DNA of 16,106 bases from contig JAEOUE010000186.1 in the NCBI GenBank assembly GCA_016839515.1, forward strand, positions 1-16,106, read 5' to 3'. The notes under the pieces were generated by a model. The model ran no database searches and had not been told where the DNA came from. It worked only from the letters and a program-made list of their open reading frames with translations. Source of the stretch: Candidatus Hodarchaeum mangrovi (GTDB lineage Archaea > Asgardarchaeota > Heimdallarchaeia > Hodarchaeales > Hodarchaeaceae). The position numbers and the translations under genes were made by a program. The stretch's first letter is position 1. Every line of letters begins with the position of its first letter. Shown here piece after piece: positions 1 to 8,322 of this stretch.

Positions 1-208
1 ATTGTTTAATTGGGAAGAGTATAATTCCAAAAATTAACTATCAATTTGAAATACTCTCCTAATTTCCATGCTAAAAACAATCCATTTCTGTCATTGATCT
101 TTATAAACCAATGTATAAACTAAGTTTTTTTGCAGAACAAAAAAATTGGCTTTAATTAATCTCTATACTCATTGCTATAGAAATCTCCAATTGGTAGAGT
201 GAATATAA

Positions 209-1630
209 TTGAAACCTAAAATACCAATAAGTGCTGCTATCATTGGCGCTGGAAATCGTGGGAAGGATGTTTATGGAAATTATGCTTTAAAAAATCCTGA
301 AGAGATTAAAATTGTTGCAGTTGCAGAACCAGATCCTATAAGATTAAAAATAATTTCTCAAGATCATAATATACCCTTAGCGTACCAATTTAAGACGTGG
401 GAAGATTTTTTTAAAAAACCAAAACTGGCAGAAACTGTGATCATCTGCACGCAAGATCAAATGCATACACAACCAGCTTTGAAAGCAATCGAACAAGGTT
501 ATGATGTATTGTTAGAAAAACCTATGGCTGTAACTCCAACAGATTGTGTTTTATTAGTTGAAAGTGTTAAAAAGAACAAAAGTCAACTTAGAATTGCTCA
601 TGTATTAAGATATAATAATTTTTTTCAAACAATTTATTCTTTTATTAAATCAGGAAAATTAGGGGATATTATAACCATCGATCATCGTGAAAACGTTAGT
701 TACTATCACTATGCTCATTCATTTGTTCGTGGAAATTGGTCTCAAGAAAAAACATCAAGTCCAATGATATTAGCTAAATCATGTCATGATTTAGATATTT
801 TGTATTGGCTTGTGGCAATTCAAGGGGGGCATCCTCAAAAAATCAGTTCTTTCGGTTCACTACGTCATTTTCATAAGGGAAATGCTCCACCTGGAGCACC
901 AGAGCGTTGTACTGATGGATGCCCAGTGATGGATTCGTGTAAATATTATGCTCCTCGAATCTATATCTCAATTATTCCTTTACTTCATGTAGTTCAAAAA
1001 GGTGGATCAGGAGTTCCTAAATTAATGGTAAATTTAGCTGTGAATTACCCTTCATTGTTTAAACGCCTTAAAAATATTATTCCCTTATTTAAGAAAGTTG
1101 AAGAGTATGAAGGATGGCCAGTGAATACGATTACAGAAAATTTTTCTTTCCAAGGACGTTGGGATGCATTATGTTCTGGACCCTATGGTAAGTGTGTGTA
1201 TCAAACCTCAAATGATGTAGTTGATCACCAAGTAACAATTATTGAGTTCAATAATCAAACTACTGCAACATTTACTATGCATGGGTTCAGTTATACAGAA
1301 GGTCGAACTATTCGGATCGATGGTACAAAAGCTACTCTTCTGGGACAAGCTTTAGATTATGGAAATACCATTAAAATATACGATCATTTAACTGGTAAAG
1401 AAGAATTTATTCTTCGAACTAAAATGGACTTTGAACCTGAAAGTGGCCATGGAGGTGGAGATAGGTTATTAATAAAATCATTTATAGAATCCATCAGGGA
1501 AAAGTCTCCAGTAGAACCACTTACTAGTGCTCAAGAATCACTCGAAAGCCATATGATGGCTTTTGCTGCTGAGGAAAGTAGAAAAAAGAATTTAGTCATT
1601 AACCTAGATGAATTTAAATCACGATTTTAA
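209..1630 (+). CDS. Gfo/Idh/MocA family NAD(P)-dependent oxidoreductase (Cys-motif subfamily)
   Basis: N-terminal Rossmann motif IIGAGNRG, ICTQDQMH, hallmark LLEKPMA, catalytic-region KSCHDLD, C-terminal HGGGD. TTG start with GAGTGA 6 nt upstream. Confidence 0.93.
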   Translation: MKPKIPISAAIIGAGNRGKDVYGNYALKNPEEIKIVAVAEPDPIRLKIISQDHNIPLAYQFKTWEDFFKKPKLAETVIICTQDQMHTQPALKAIEQGYDVLLEKPMAVTPTDCVLLVESVKKNKSQLRIAHVLRYNNFFQTIYSFIKSGKLGDIITIDHRENVSYYHYAHSFVRGNWSQEKTSSPMILAKSCHDLDILYWLVAIQGGHPQKISSFGSLRHFHKGNAPPGAPERCTDGCPVMDSCKYYAPRIYISIIPLLHVVQKGGSGVPKLMVNLAVNYPSLFKRLKNIIPLFKKVEEYEGWPVNTITENFSFQGRWDALCSGPYGKCVYQTSNDVVDHQVTIIEFNNQTTATFTMHGFSYTEGRTIRIDGTKATLLGQALDYGNTIKIYDHLTGKEEFILRTKMDFEPESGHGGGDRLLIKSFIESIREKSPVEPLTSAQESLESHMMAFAAEESRKKNLVINLDEFKSRF

Positions 1631-1657
1631 AACTAATTGCAGGCTAGGTGTAAATAC

Positions 1658-2296
1658 TTGATAATATATGAAGAAATGGCTAATTCTGTTGTTGATTTAG
1701 ATATGGAAAAAGCTCTGAATTTAGCACAAAAAGCATTAGATGATAATTTACCTTTACTCGAAGTGATTGAAAAAGGTTTTGGTGAAGGTATTAAGCGTGT
1801 GGGTGATTTATGGGATGAAGGAGAATTTTTCTTGCCTGAATTAATGAGAGGAGCTCAGATAATGCAATCTGCAGTCGATTTACTTCAACCACATCTAGAA
1901 TCACAACAATCAGTCCGTGAAACAAGAGGGAAAGTTCTAATGGCTACTATCGAAGGAGATATCCATAGTATTGGAAAAACAATAGTTTCTACAATGTTGA
2001 GAGCCAATGGATTTGAAGTTCTTGATTTAGGGGCTGATGTAAAGATAGAAACAATTATTTCAGAAGCTAAAAAGCATAAAGTTAATGTAATAGGGATATC
2101 AGCACTCCTTACTACAACAATGATCGGACAAAAGAAAGTCATTGATGCATTAGAAAAACATGGCATCCGCAATAATTTCAAAGTAATGCTAGGAGGAGCT
2201 CCTGTAACTCAATCATGGGTTGATGAATGTAAAGCAGATGGTTATGCAGAAAATGCTGTATCTGCTGTAAAATTAGCAAAAAAACTCTGTTCTTGA
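1658..2296 (+). CDS. Methyltransferase cognate corrinoid (cobalamin-binding) protein, MttC/MtbC-like
   Basis: N-terminal cap helices (GIKRVGDLWDEGEFFLPEL), B12-binding DxHxxG motif (EGDIHSIG), SALLTTT and GGAP motifs. The start is placed at in-frame TTG 1658 because AGGTG (1646-1650) precedes it; the ORF track start is 1637. Confidence 0.93.
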   Translation: MIIYEEMANSVVDLDMEKALNLAQKALDDNLPLLEVIEKGFGEGIKRVGDLWDEGEFFLPELMRGAQIMQSAVDLLQPHLESQQSVRETRGKVLMATIEGDIHSIGKTIVSTMLRANGFEVLDLGADVKIETIISEAKKHKVNVIGISALLTTTMIGQKKVIDALEKHGIRNNFKVMLGGAPVTQSWVDECKADGYAENAVSAVKLAKKLCS

Positions 2297-2297
2297 C

Positions 2298-3206
2298 TTG
2301 GTTATTTCAATGGATGTTCTATTTGATTATCTAGAAAAAAAAGGGACTCTTCTATTTGATGGATCAATGGGTACTCAACTTATGTTACGAGGTCTTAATC
2401 AAGGTGAGATTCCCGACATTTGGAATATTAAGAAACCAGAAGTAGTCCAAGCTATATTTAAGAATTATTTTACAGCTGGAAGTGACCTAGTCCAAACAGC
2501 TACTTTTCGTGCTAATCCTATTGCTCTCAAAACACAAAATTTAGAAAATCTAGTCAAAAAGATTAATGAATCCTCTGCTTCTCTCCTGAAGGATATTCGT
2601 CCAGAAGGAAAATTAATTGTAGGAGATATCGGTCCTAGTGGTCTTTTCTTCCCACCTGTTGGAAACGCTGACTTCAATGAGCTTGTTTCTAGTTTTAAAC
2701 AACAAGCAAAAGTTTTAGCTCCCTTTATTGATGCTTTCCATCTAGAAACCTTCTCAGATATCCAAGAGATGAAAACAGCCATTGAAGGAGTTAAGAAAAT
2801 AACAAATAAACCAATTATTGCTAGTATGACCTATAAAAGAACTCCTAAAGGATTTTTTACGATCATGGGAAATTCACTTAGTCAAAATATTATTGAATTA
2901 CTAGAATTAAAAGTTTCTGTAATTGGGGCTAATTGTACTTTAGGAAGTGCAGATTTCATTGAACTCTTTAAAGATATGAGAACTGATAGTGAAACAGTGC
3001 CATTGTCTGTAAAACCCAATGCTGGACAGCCTAGCCTTCAGAATGGCAAATTAATTTATAAACAGTCACCAGAAGAATTTTCAAAAGACATAAATTCAAT
3101 ATTAAACTTAAATAATGGTCCATTAATAATAGGGGGATGTTGCGGGACTAAACCAGACCATATCAAGCTTTTACGACAATTAATAAACCAAAAAATGTCA
3201 GGATGA
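2298..3206 (+). CDS. Stand-alone homocysteine S-methyltransferase family protein (MetH Hcy-binding domain-like)
   Basis: LFDGSMGTQL, TATFRAN, GDIGPSG, ETFSD, zinc ligands GANC and GGCCGT, PNAGQP. The ORF is only about 300 aa with no fused pterin or B12 domain. The start may be ATG 2310. Confidence 0.92.
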   Translation: MVISMDVLFDYLEKKGTLLFDGSMGTQLMLRGLNQGEIPDIWNIKKPEVVQAIFKNYFTAGSDLVQTATFRANPIALKTQNLENLVKKINESSASLLKDIRPEGKLIVGDIGPSGLFFPPVGNADFNELVSSFKQQAKVLAPFIDAFHLETFSDIQEMKTAIEGVKKITNKPIIASMTYKRTPKGFFTIMGNSLSQNIIELLELKVSVIGANCTLGSADFIELFKDMRTDSETVPLSVKPNAGQPSLQNGKLIYKQSPEEFSKDINSILNLNNGPLIIGGCCGTKPDHIKLLRQLINQKMSG

Positions 3207-3213
3207 GAATTTA

Positions 3214-4662
3214 ATGACTATATTACGACCAAAAATTAATTTATTAACTAATCAATATATTGAAACAATATTAAATGAAGCAAAAAATATTTTAAACAAT
3301 TTAGGGGTTTTAATCGAAAATAAAGATGCTCAAGAGCTTTTAAATAATGAAGGACTAGACCATAATGGACAGAGATACTACATTCCTATTGATTTAATCG
3401 AAAAATGCTGTGAAATGGCACCACGATCTATATCATTGTATGACAGAGAAGGAAATGAAAGTCTGGAATTAAGCAATGATAAAATTCATTATGATCCAGG
3501 TTCTGCAGCAATTTTTATTCAAGATTATGATACAGGTGAAATTCGTAAAGCTTTATCTTCTGATTATATTAAATTTACAAAAATTGTCTCTCAGTTAGAT
3601 CATTTTGATGCTCAAAGTACATCATTGGTCTACTCAGATATACCAACAGATGCACAAGATTGGCATAGATTATACTTAGCATTAATTTATTGCAATAAAC
3701 CGATAATAACTGGTACTTTTAGAGTAGAAAGCTTTTCAATTATGCGACAATTATTGGAAGTAACAAGAAACTCACCCAAACAACTTGCTGCCAAGCCCTT
3801 AGCTATTTTTGACGCTTGTCCATCTCCCCCCCTAATGTGGTCTAATCTCACCACTCAATCTGTTATTGATGCAGCGAAAGCTGGAATTCCATCAGAGTTT
3901 GTTAGCATGCCTTTATCTGGATCAACAGCACCAATTACACTTATTGGAAGTATTACACAACATGCTGCTGAAAGCTTAGCTGGGGTGGTCATATCCCAAT
4001 TAGCAAGACGTGGTGCACCGATAATTTGGGGTGGATCTCCTGCAATATTTGATATGAAACAAGGAACAACGCCAATGGGAGCTATAGAAACAATGATGAT
4101 TAATATTGGAGATGCAGAAATTGGTAAATCACTCGATCTGCCTACTCATGCTTATATGACTCTTTCAGATTCAAAAGTCCCAGATGCTCAAGCAGGATTA
4201 GAAGCAGCAATGGGAGGATTATTAGGAGCTTTAGCGGGAATTAATATGATCTCAGGCCCAGGTATGCTTGATTTTGAATCAACACAAAGTTTTGAAAAAT
4301 TAATTATTGATCATGAAGTAGTTGGAATGTCGAAAAGGCTAATTAAAGGTATTATTGATTACGGAAAACCATTTGCAGAAAAGATCCTTTCAGATTATGA
4401 TGCAAATTATTCTCTTCTTTCTCATCCAATCACTTTATCTTTGTTCCGAAAAGAATTATTTTTCCCAACAAGGATTGAGGGCATCGAAATTATTAATCGT
4501 GAAACACGTGAAAAATGGAAATCAGAAGGTGAAACTTCTGCACGACAGAGAGCTAAAAAAATGGCTAAAAATTTATCTGAAAGACCACCAAAGATTCCTA
4601 TTGATTCATTAACCCAGAAGGAATTAAACAAGATAGCTTCGGAATTTTTGAACAAAAAGTGA
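3214..4662 (+). CDS. Trimethylamine methyltransferase (MttB) superfamily protein, non-pyrrolysine type
   Basis: SPPLMW, MPLSGSTAPITLIGSITQHAAESLAG, GAPIIWGG, DMKQG, SDSKVPDAQAGLE and GMLDFESTQSFEKLIIDHE motifs. No in-frame TAG. Confidence 0.93.
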   Translation: MTILRPKINLLTNQYIETILNEAKNILNNLGVLIENKDAQELLNNEGLDHNGQRYYIPIDLIEKCCEMAPRSISLYDREGNESLELSNDKIHYDPGSAAIFIQDYDTGEIRKALSSDYIKFTKIVSQLDHFDAQSTSLVYSDIPTDAQDWHRLYLALIYCNKPIITGTFRVESFSIMRQLLEVTRNSPKQLAAKPLAIFDACPSPPLMWSNLTTQSVIDAAKAGIPSEFVSMPLSGSTAPITLIGSITQHAAESLAGVVISQLARRGAPIIWGGSPAIFDMKQGTTPMGAIETMMINIGDAEIGKSLDLPTHAYMTLSDSKVPDAQAGLEAAMGGLLGALAGINMISGPGMLDFESTQSFEKLIIDHEVVGMSKRLIKGIIDYGKPFAEKILSDYDANYSLLSHPITLSLFRKELFFPTRIEGIEIINRETREKWKSEGETSARQRAKKMAKNLSERPPKIPIDSLTQKELNKIASEFLNKK

Positions 4663-4760
4663 TTGCAACAATCCAACTCTTTTTTAATCCTTATGAATAT
4701 TCTTCGATTGGCATTGTTAATCTTTATTAACAATATGCATTTTCTAGTAAGGAAGAATAA

Positions 4761-6491
4761 ATGACTTTCAATCCGTATCAACTCTCAAGAGCAATATATG
4801 ATCGTTCTATTCAAAAAAACTTACCTATAATATGTTTTTTTTATGATAGTCTTTGTGATAGCTGTAAAAGTTTTTCTAAGGCAGTTCTCTCTCACCCCAT
4901 ATTACAGGAATTGCTAGAAAATGATTTTATCCCAGTATTTTTAGAAGTAAACTGTTTTCCAGAATTATGGTTACGATTAATTGGTGATTCGGATTCTTAT
5001 TATCATCAAGTATGTAGCATTGATGGAATAATTTTTGGGAATTGCAAGGATAGTAACACAGAACTTATTTTACGTAATATTGTTTATTATCATGAAAATA
5101 TTGCTTCCATTCAAATTGAGGATAAATATGGGAAAAAACAGTATAAACCACTGATAATGGATAGTCAAAATAAATTTCATCAGAAAATCGAACGTATATC
5201 AGAAATTACTCTTTCCTCACTCCTAAAAAACTATGATCGGATGTATGGTGGATGGTATAATGGTCATAATCCGATAAAAAAGCATTTTCCCTCCTCCTTA
5301 GAATACTTATTACTTCTCTATCAGAGAACTAGAGACAACCCACTTCTACAGATGATAGTTCAAACATTAGATTCTTCATATAGTGGATTGTATGATCCAG
5401 ATGCTGGGGGTTTTTATGAATATTCCGTTAGTCGTGATTGGACAACTATTGGGAGCTATCAAAAAGTCCTTCAAACAAATGTTTCTGTTGCCAAAATATA
5501 TTTGCATATGTTTCAAATTTCTAAAGACTATAGATTCAGGGATATTTTAAAAGAATCTTTAGAGTTCATTAATGATCAATTTTGGGACGAATCAGAGTGT
5601 TTATTCACACATTCAATTCTTACTAATGATTCAGAATTTATTAAAAATGACTATTTCATTACTGATTCTAATTGTCAGGTCCTTTTACTATTTTTAGATT
5701 CAAATTTATCTTTAGAAGAACAACGATATATTCCGAAAGTTCAAAAAGTGATAAAACGTATTGAGGAAGGGAAAACTAAATACGGAATACCGCATACACT
5801 TAATGAACCAAAACCTGATCAATTTTTGTTAAGGGATCAAGCAGCATTTCTTCAATTACTTTTAAATGTCTATTCATTATCAGGAGATATTTCTTATCTT
5901 CATAAAGCAGAAAAGATGCTAGAAATAATAATGAGTTTTTACTTTGATCGTCAAATGAACCTTTTTCAAGATCGACTTATTAGGGAGAATGATTTTGGAC
6001 CCTTTAAACAAAATATCTATTCAATTCAAGATAATGCAGTAATGATTAATAATTTAGTAACACATTCACATTTTCTCAATAATCCAACTTATAAAGAGAT
6101 TGCGATGAGATGTGTCACTAGCTACTATCAAAATTTTGGTATTTCCCGTGATTCTCCATTCCCCTCTGAATTTGTAATAGCTGCACAACGAATAATTGAA
6201 AGTCCTATAGAACTACTAATCATTGGACATCTGGAAGAAGAAACGGATCTTATTGATCGAATGCTACTGGAAATGAAAAGGATTTATGACCCTTTTAAAA
6301 TAATTCAAATATTAGATCCAATTAGAGACAAAGCACTTATTGAGAAAAAGTTATCCTCAATTCGTATATTTAAAAAACCAACATGCTATGTAAAAGTAGG
6401 AGATACAATATCTCCTCCTACATTTTTTCCAAAAGAAATAGCATTACTGCTAGATACACTACTTGAGGCGATCAAATACACTTTTGAATGA
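4761..6491 (+). CDS. Divergent YyaL/SSP411-like protein (DUF255 thioredoxin-like domain + six-hairpin alpha-barrel)
   Basis: N-terminal CxxC (CDSC) followed by LLENDFIPV; YDRMYGGW...KHFP; GLYDPDAGGFYEYSVSRDW; FLLRDQA; C-terminal PTCYVKVGDTISPP. These match the YyaL motif order recalled from memory. Confidence 0.8.
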   Translation: MTFNPYQLSRAIYDRSIQKNLPIICFFYDSLCDSCKSFSKAVLSHPILQELLENDFIPVFLEVNCFPELWLRLIGDSDSYYHQVCSIDGIIFGNCKDSNTELILRNIVYYHENIASIQIEDKYGKKQYKPLIMDSQNKFHQKIERISEITLSSLLKNYDRMYGGWYNGHNPIKKHFPSSLEYLLLLYQRTRDNPLLQMIVQTLDSSYSGLYDPDAGGFYEYSVSRDWTTIGSYQKVLQTNVSVAKIYLHMFQISKDYRFRDILKESLEFINDQFWDESECLFTHSILTNDSEFIKNDYFITDSNCQVLLLFLDSNLSLEEQRYIPKVQKVIKRIEEGKTKYGIPHTLNEPKPDQFLLRDQAAFLQLLLNVYSLSGDISYLHKAEKMLEIIMSFYFDRQMNLFQDRLIRENDFGPFKQNIYSIQDNAVMINNLVTHSHFLNNPTYKEIAMRCVTSYYQNFGISRDSPFPSEFVIAAQRIIESPIELLIIGHLEEETDLIDRMLLEMKRIYDPFKIIQILDPIRDKALIEKKLSSIRIFKKPTCYVKVGDTISPPTFFPKEIALLLDTLLEAIKYTFE

Positions 6492-6527
6492 TAAATTTAC
6501 TTTTGCACTTAAATAATTTAAAAAGGA

Positions 6528-6914
6528 TTAGATATTCCTGTTCTTTTGGTAGATTACAATGAATCTAAACCTATTTATTATTATAATTCCTGCTATGGTA
6601 TTAGAAGGAGCGGAAGTTTCAGTAACTGTTAATTCCTGAGTATCACTTTTTAATTTGTACTCATTTATACTATGATCTACTTATCTTGATCTTACGAAGA
6701 GAATGGTTGCTTCTGATTGAATTTTATATACGAGATAAACTTCAAACCTTTCTGATGGTTGAAAATCACTGAAATTTTTCTCCTTGGTATTATTATTATT
6801 ATAATTCTCACAAATCCATCTTTCAGCAAAACATGGCAGTTTATTTGGAAATTCTTTATGATTTACTACTCCTCCAAAGAGGACAACACGATCCAAGGCT
6901 GAATCATAGGTACG
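6528..6914 (-). pseudogene. Decayed Kelch-repeat surface protein remnant with Ser/Thr linker and degenerate C-terminal anchor
   Basis: The frame reads RTYDSALDRVVLFGG...ERWICENYNNNNT...QPSERF (Kelch-like) and is interrupted by an in-frame TAA at 6683-6681. It then continues in the same frame for 50 codons (..ELTVTETSAPSNTIAGIIIINRFRFIVIYQKNRNI*) to TAA 6530-6528. Confidence 0.6.
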
Positions 6915-7075
6915 TTAATAATTACTTTATTAACACCACAAATCGATGTGAGAAAGAAATTTAGGTGAAAATGAGAGAAAATAAGTTGAATGGTTTATTC
7001 ATCTAATGAAGGGGGAGGGGGGGCCTTATTTTCTTTATATTCTATTTTTAGAGGTAAGAATTAATATAAAACAAA

Positions 7076-8083
7076 TTATTCCTCTCTTGAATTTTCATCT
7101 TCTTTTAACCGATTCTCGATACGTCGAGTTGATAAACAAATTCGACAAACTTTAAATTGCGGTCTTGCAAATGGAGCAAAACGGCTACAAACAAGACATT
7201 TACGATATTCTACAAATGGGTAACGTTTGGAACCTTCTTGGTAGTATGATACAATCATTGATGTCTTTTCTAGTTTCCTCTTGGAATTAATGGCAATTTC
7301 AAAAGCAGATTGACCAAATAATATATTATGACTTACTGCTAAGCCATAAGAACTTACATTTAAACACTGAGTTCTACCAACATAGTTATGATAGCCACCA
7401 CAATAATGGACATGCCCAAAAATTGAAAGGAGAGGTTGATAATCATCAATAATCTTCCGAAGATGATAGGAACCGATATGATGATCTGCAAAACTAGAAA
7501 AATCTAAGATACCTCTAGGTGGAGTATGGGTAAGTAAAATTGCTTTTCTTCTTTCTGTGGAAGAAAGTTCATCTATTTTCGGAGTGAGATCACGTTCAAG
7601 ATCAGGATCATCCCAACACTTTCCACTTGGGTTTCCAAGTGTTTTATTTGCATCATTATAACCGATTATTGGAATATCTTCTAGATATTTGATAGTAGCA
7701 TGACAATTAATGAAATTAGCGAAATTTTCATCAAACCATCGCCTTAACTCATCTGTTAAAGGTGTGTTATCCTCATTTTCCTTTTCAGAATCCATTATGT
7801 CAGAATTCCCCCAAATATAATATACAGGTATGTCGGTATTGGTATTAAGTAAATTAAAAACTGAATCATCTTGAATTAATTTTTTAATCTGCACCAAGGC
7901 GCTTTGATCAGTCCCTAAAATCCAAGAATAATCTTGGAGATCTCCTGAGAGTAAAATTGCTTTTGGATTTCGTTTCAACAAATTATCTATTAGTTTCTCT
8001 TGTTTTATTACTTCTATACCTGATGGAAGTGAAACTGGATTTCCTTGATGAAGATCGGATATCGCTATTAACTTTAATTCCAT
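7076..8083 (-). CDS. Calcineurin-like metallophosphoesterase (Icc-related) with C-terminal Cys4 zinc finger
   Basis: Motifs ISDLH, SGDL, WGNSD, THTPP, FGHVH; C-terminal CLVC-x13-CRIC; perfect GAGGTGA SD upstream. Confidence 0.9.
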   Translation of the reverse strand: MELKLIAISDLHQGNPVSLPSGIEVIKQEKLIDNLLKRNPKAILLSGDLQDYSWILGTDQSALVQIKKLIQDDSVFNLLNTNTDIPVYYIWGNSDIMDSEKENEDNTPLTDELRRWFDENFANFINCHATIKYLEDIPIIGYNDANKTLGNPSGKCWDDPDLERDLTPKIDELSSTERRKAILLTHTPPRGILDFSSFADHHIGSYHLRKIIDDYQPLLSIFGHVHYCGGYHNYVGRTQCLNVSSYGLAVSHNILFGQSAFEIAINSKRKLEKTSMIVSYYQEGSKRYPFVEYRKCLVCSRFAPFARPQFKVCRICLSTRRIENRLKEDENSREE

Positions 8084-8087
8084 GGTT

Positions 8088-8094
8088 TCACCTC
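8088..8094 (-). promoter_or_regulatory. Shine-Dalgarno site GAGGTGA for the metallophosphoesterase
   Basis: The minus strand reads GAGAGGTGAAACCATG. Confidence 0.8.
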
Positions 8095-8322
8095 TCTTGA
8101 CACCCTACGGAATATTTATTCATTAACAACCCAAAAATTGCTAATTTCTTACTAATATGTATTTATTACATATCAAATTAAGGAGTTCATAAATGAATTT
8201 CGTTACTTTTCGTGATATGCTTATCTAGGTCTTAAAATGATTTTTAAATTCATCATAGGACGAAATATTTAGCAATTCTAGGTAAGTAAAATCAATTAAT
8301 ATATTGAATAGTTGGGGATACA

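Noticed and set aside
1-208. Cobalamin or SAM riboswitch upstream of the B12 operon (GGGAAG at 12-17)
   Set aside because: The leader is very AT-rich and lacks the B12-box and paired stems; a lone hexamer is not evidence.
1885-2782. Antisense ORFs 1885-2181 and 2465-2782
   Set aside because: They lie wholly within well-supported opposite-strand genes and have no motifs.
3214-4662. Pyrrolysine or selenocysteine read-through in the methyltransferase genes
   Set aside because: There is no in-frame TAG/TGA within the domains; the terminal TGA stops fall after complete domains.
4355-4781. ORFs 4355-4612 (+) and 4422-4781 (-)
   Set aside because: They are shadow or alternative frames of mttB with no recognisable features.
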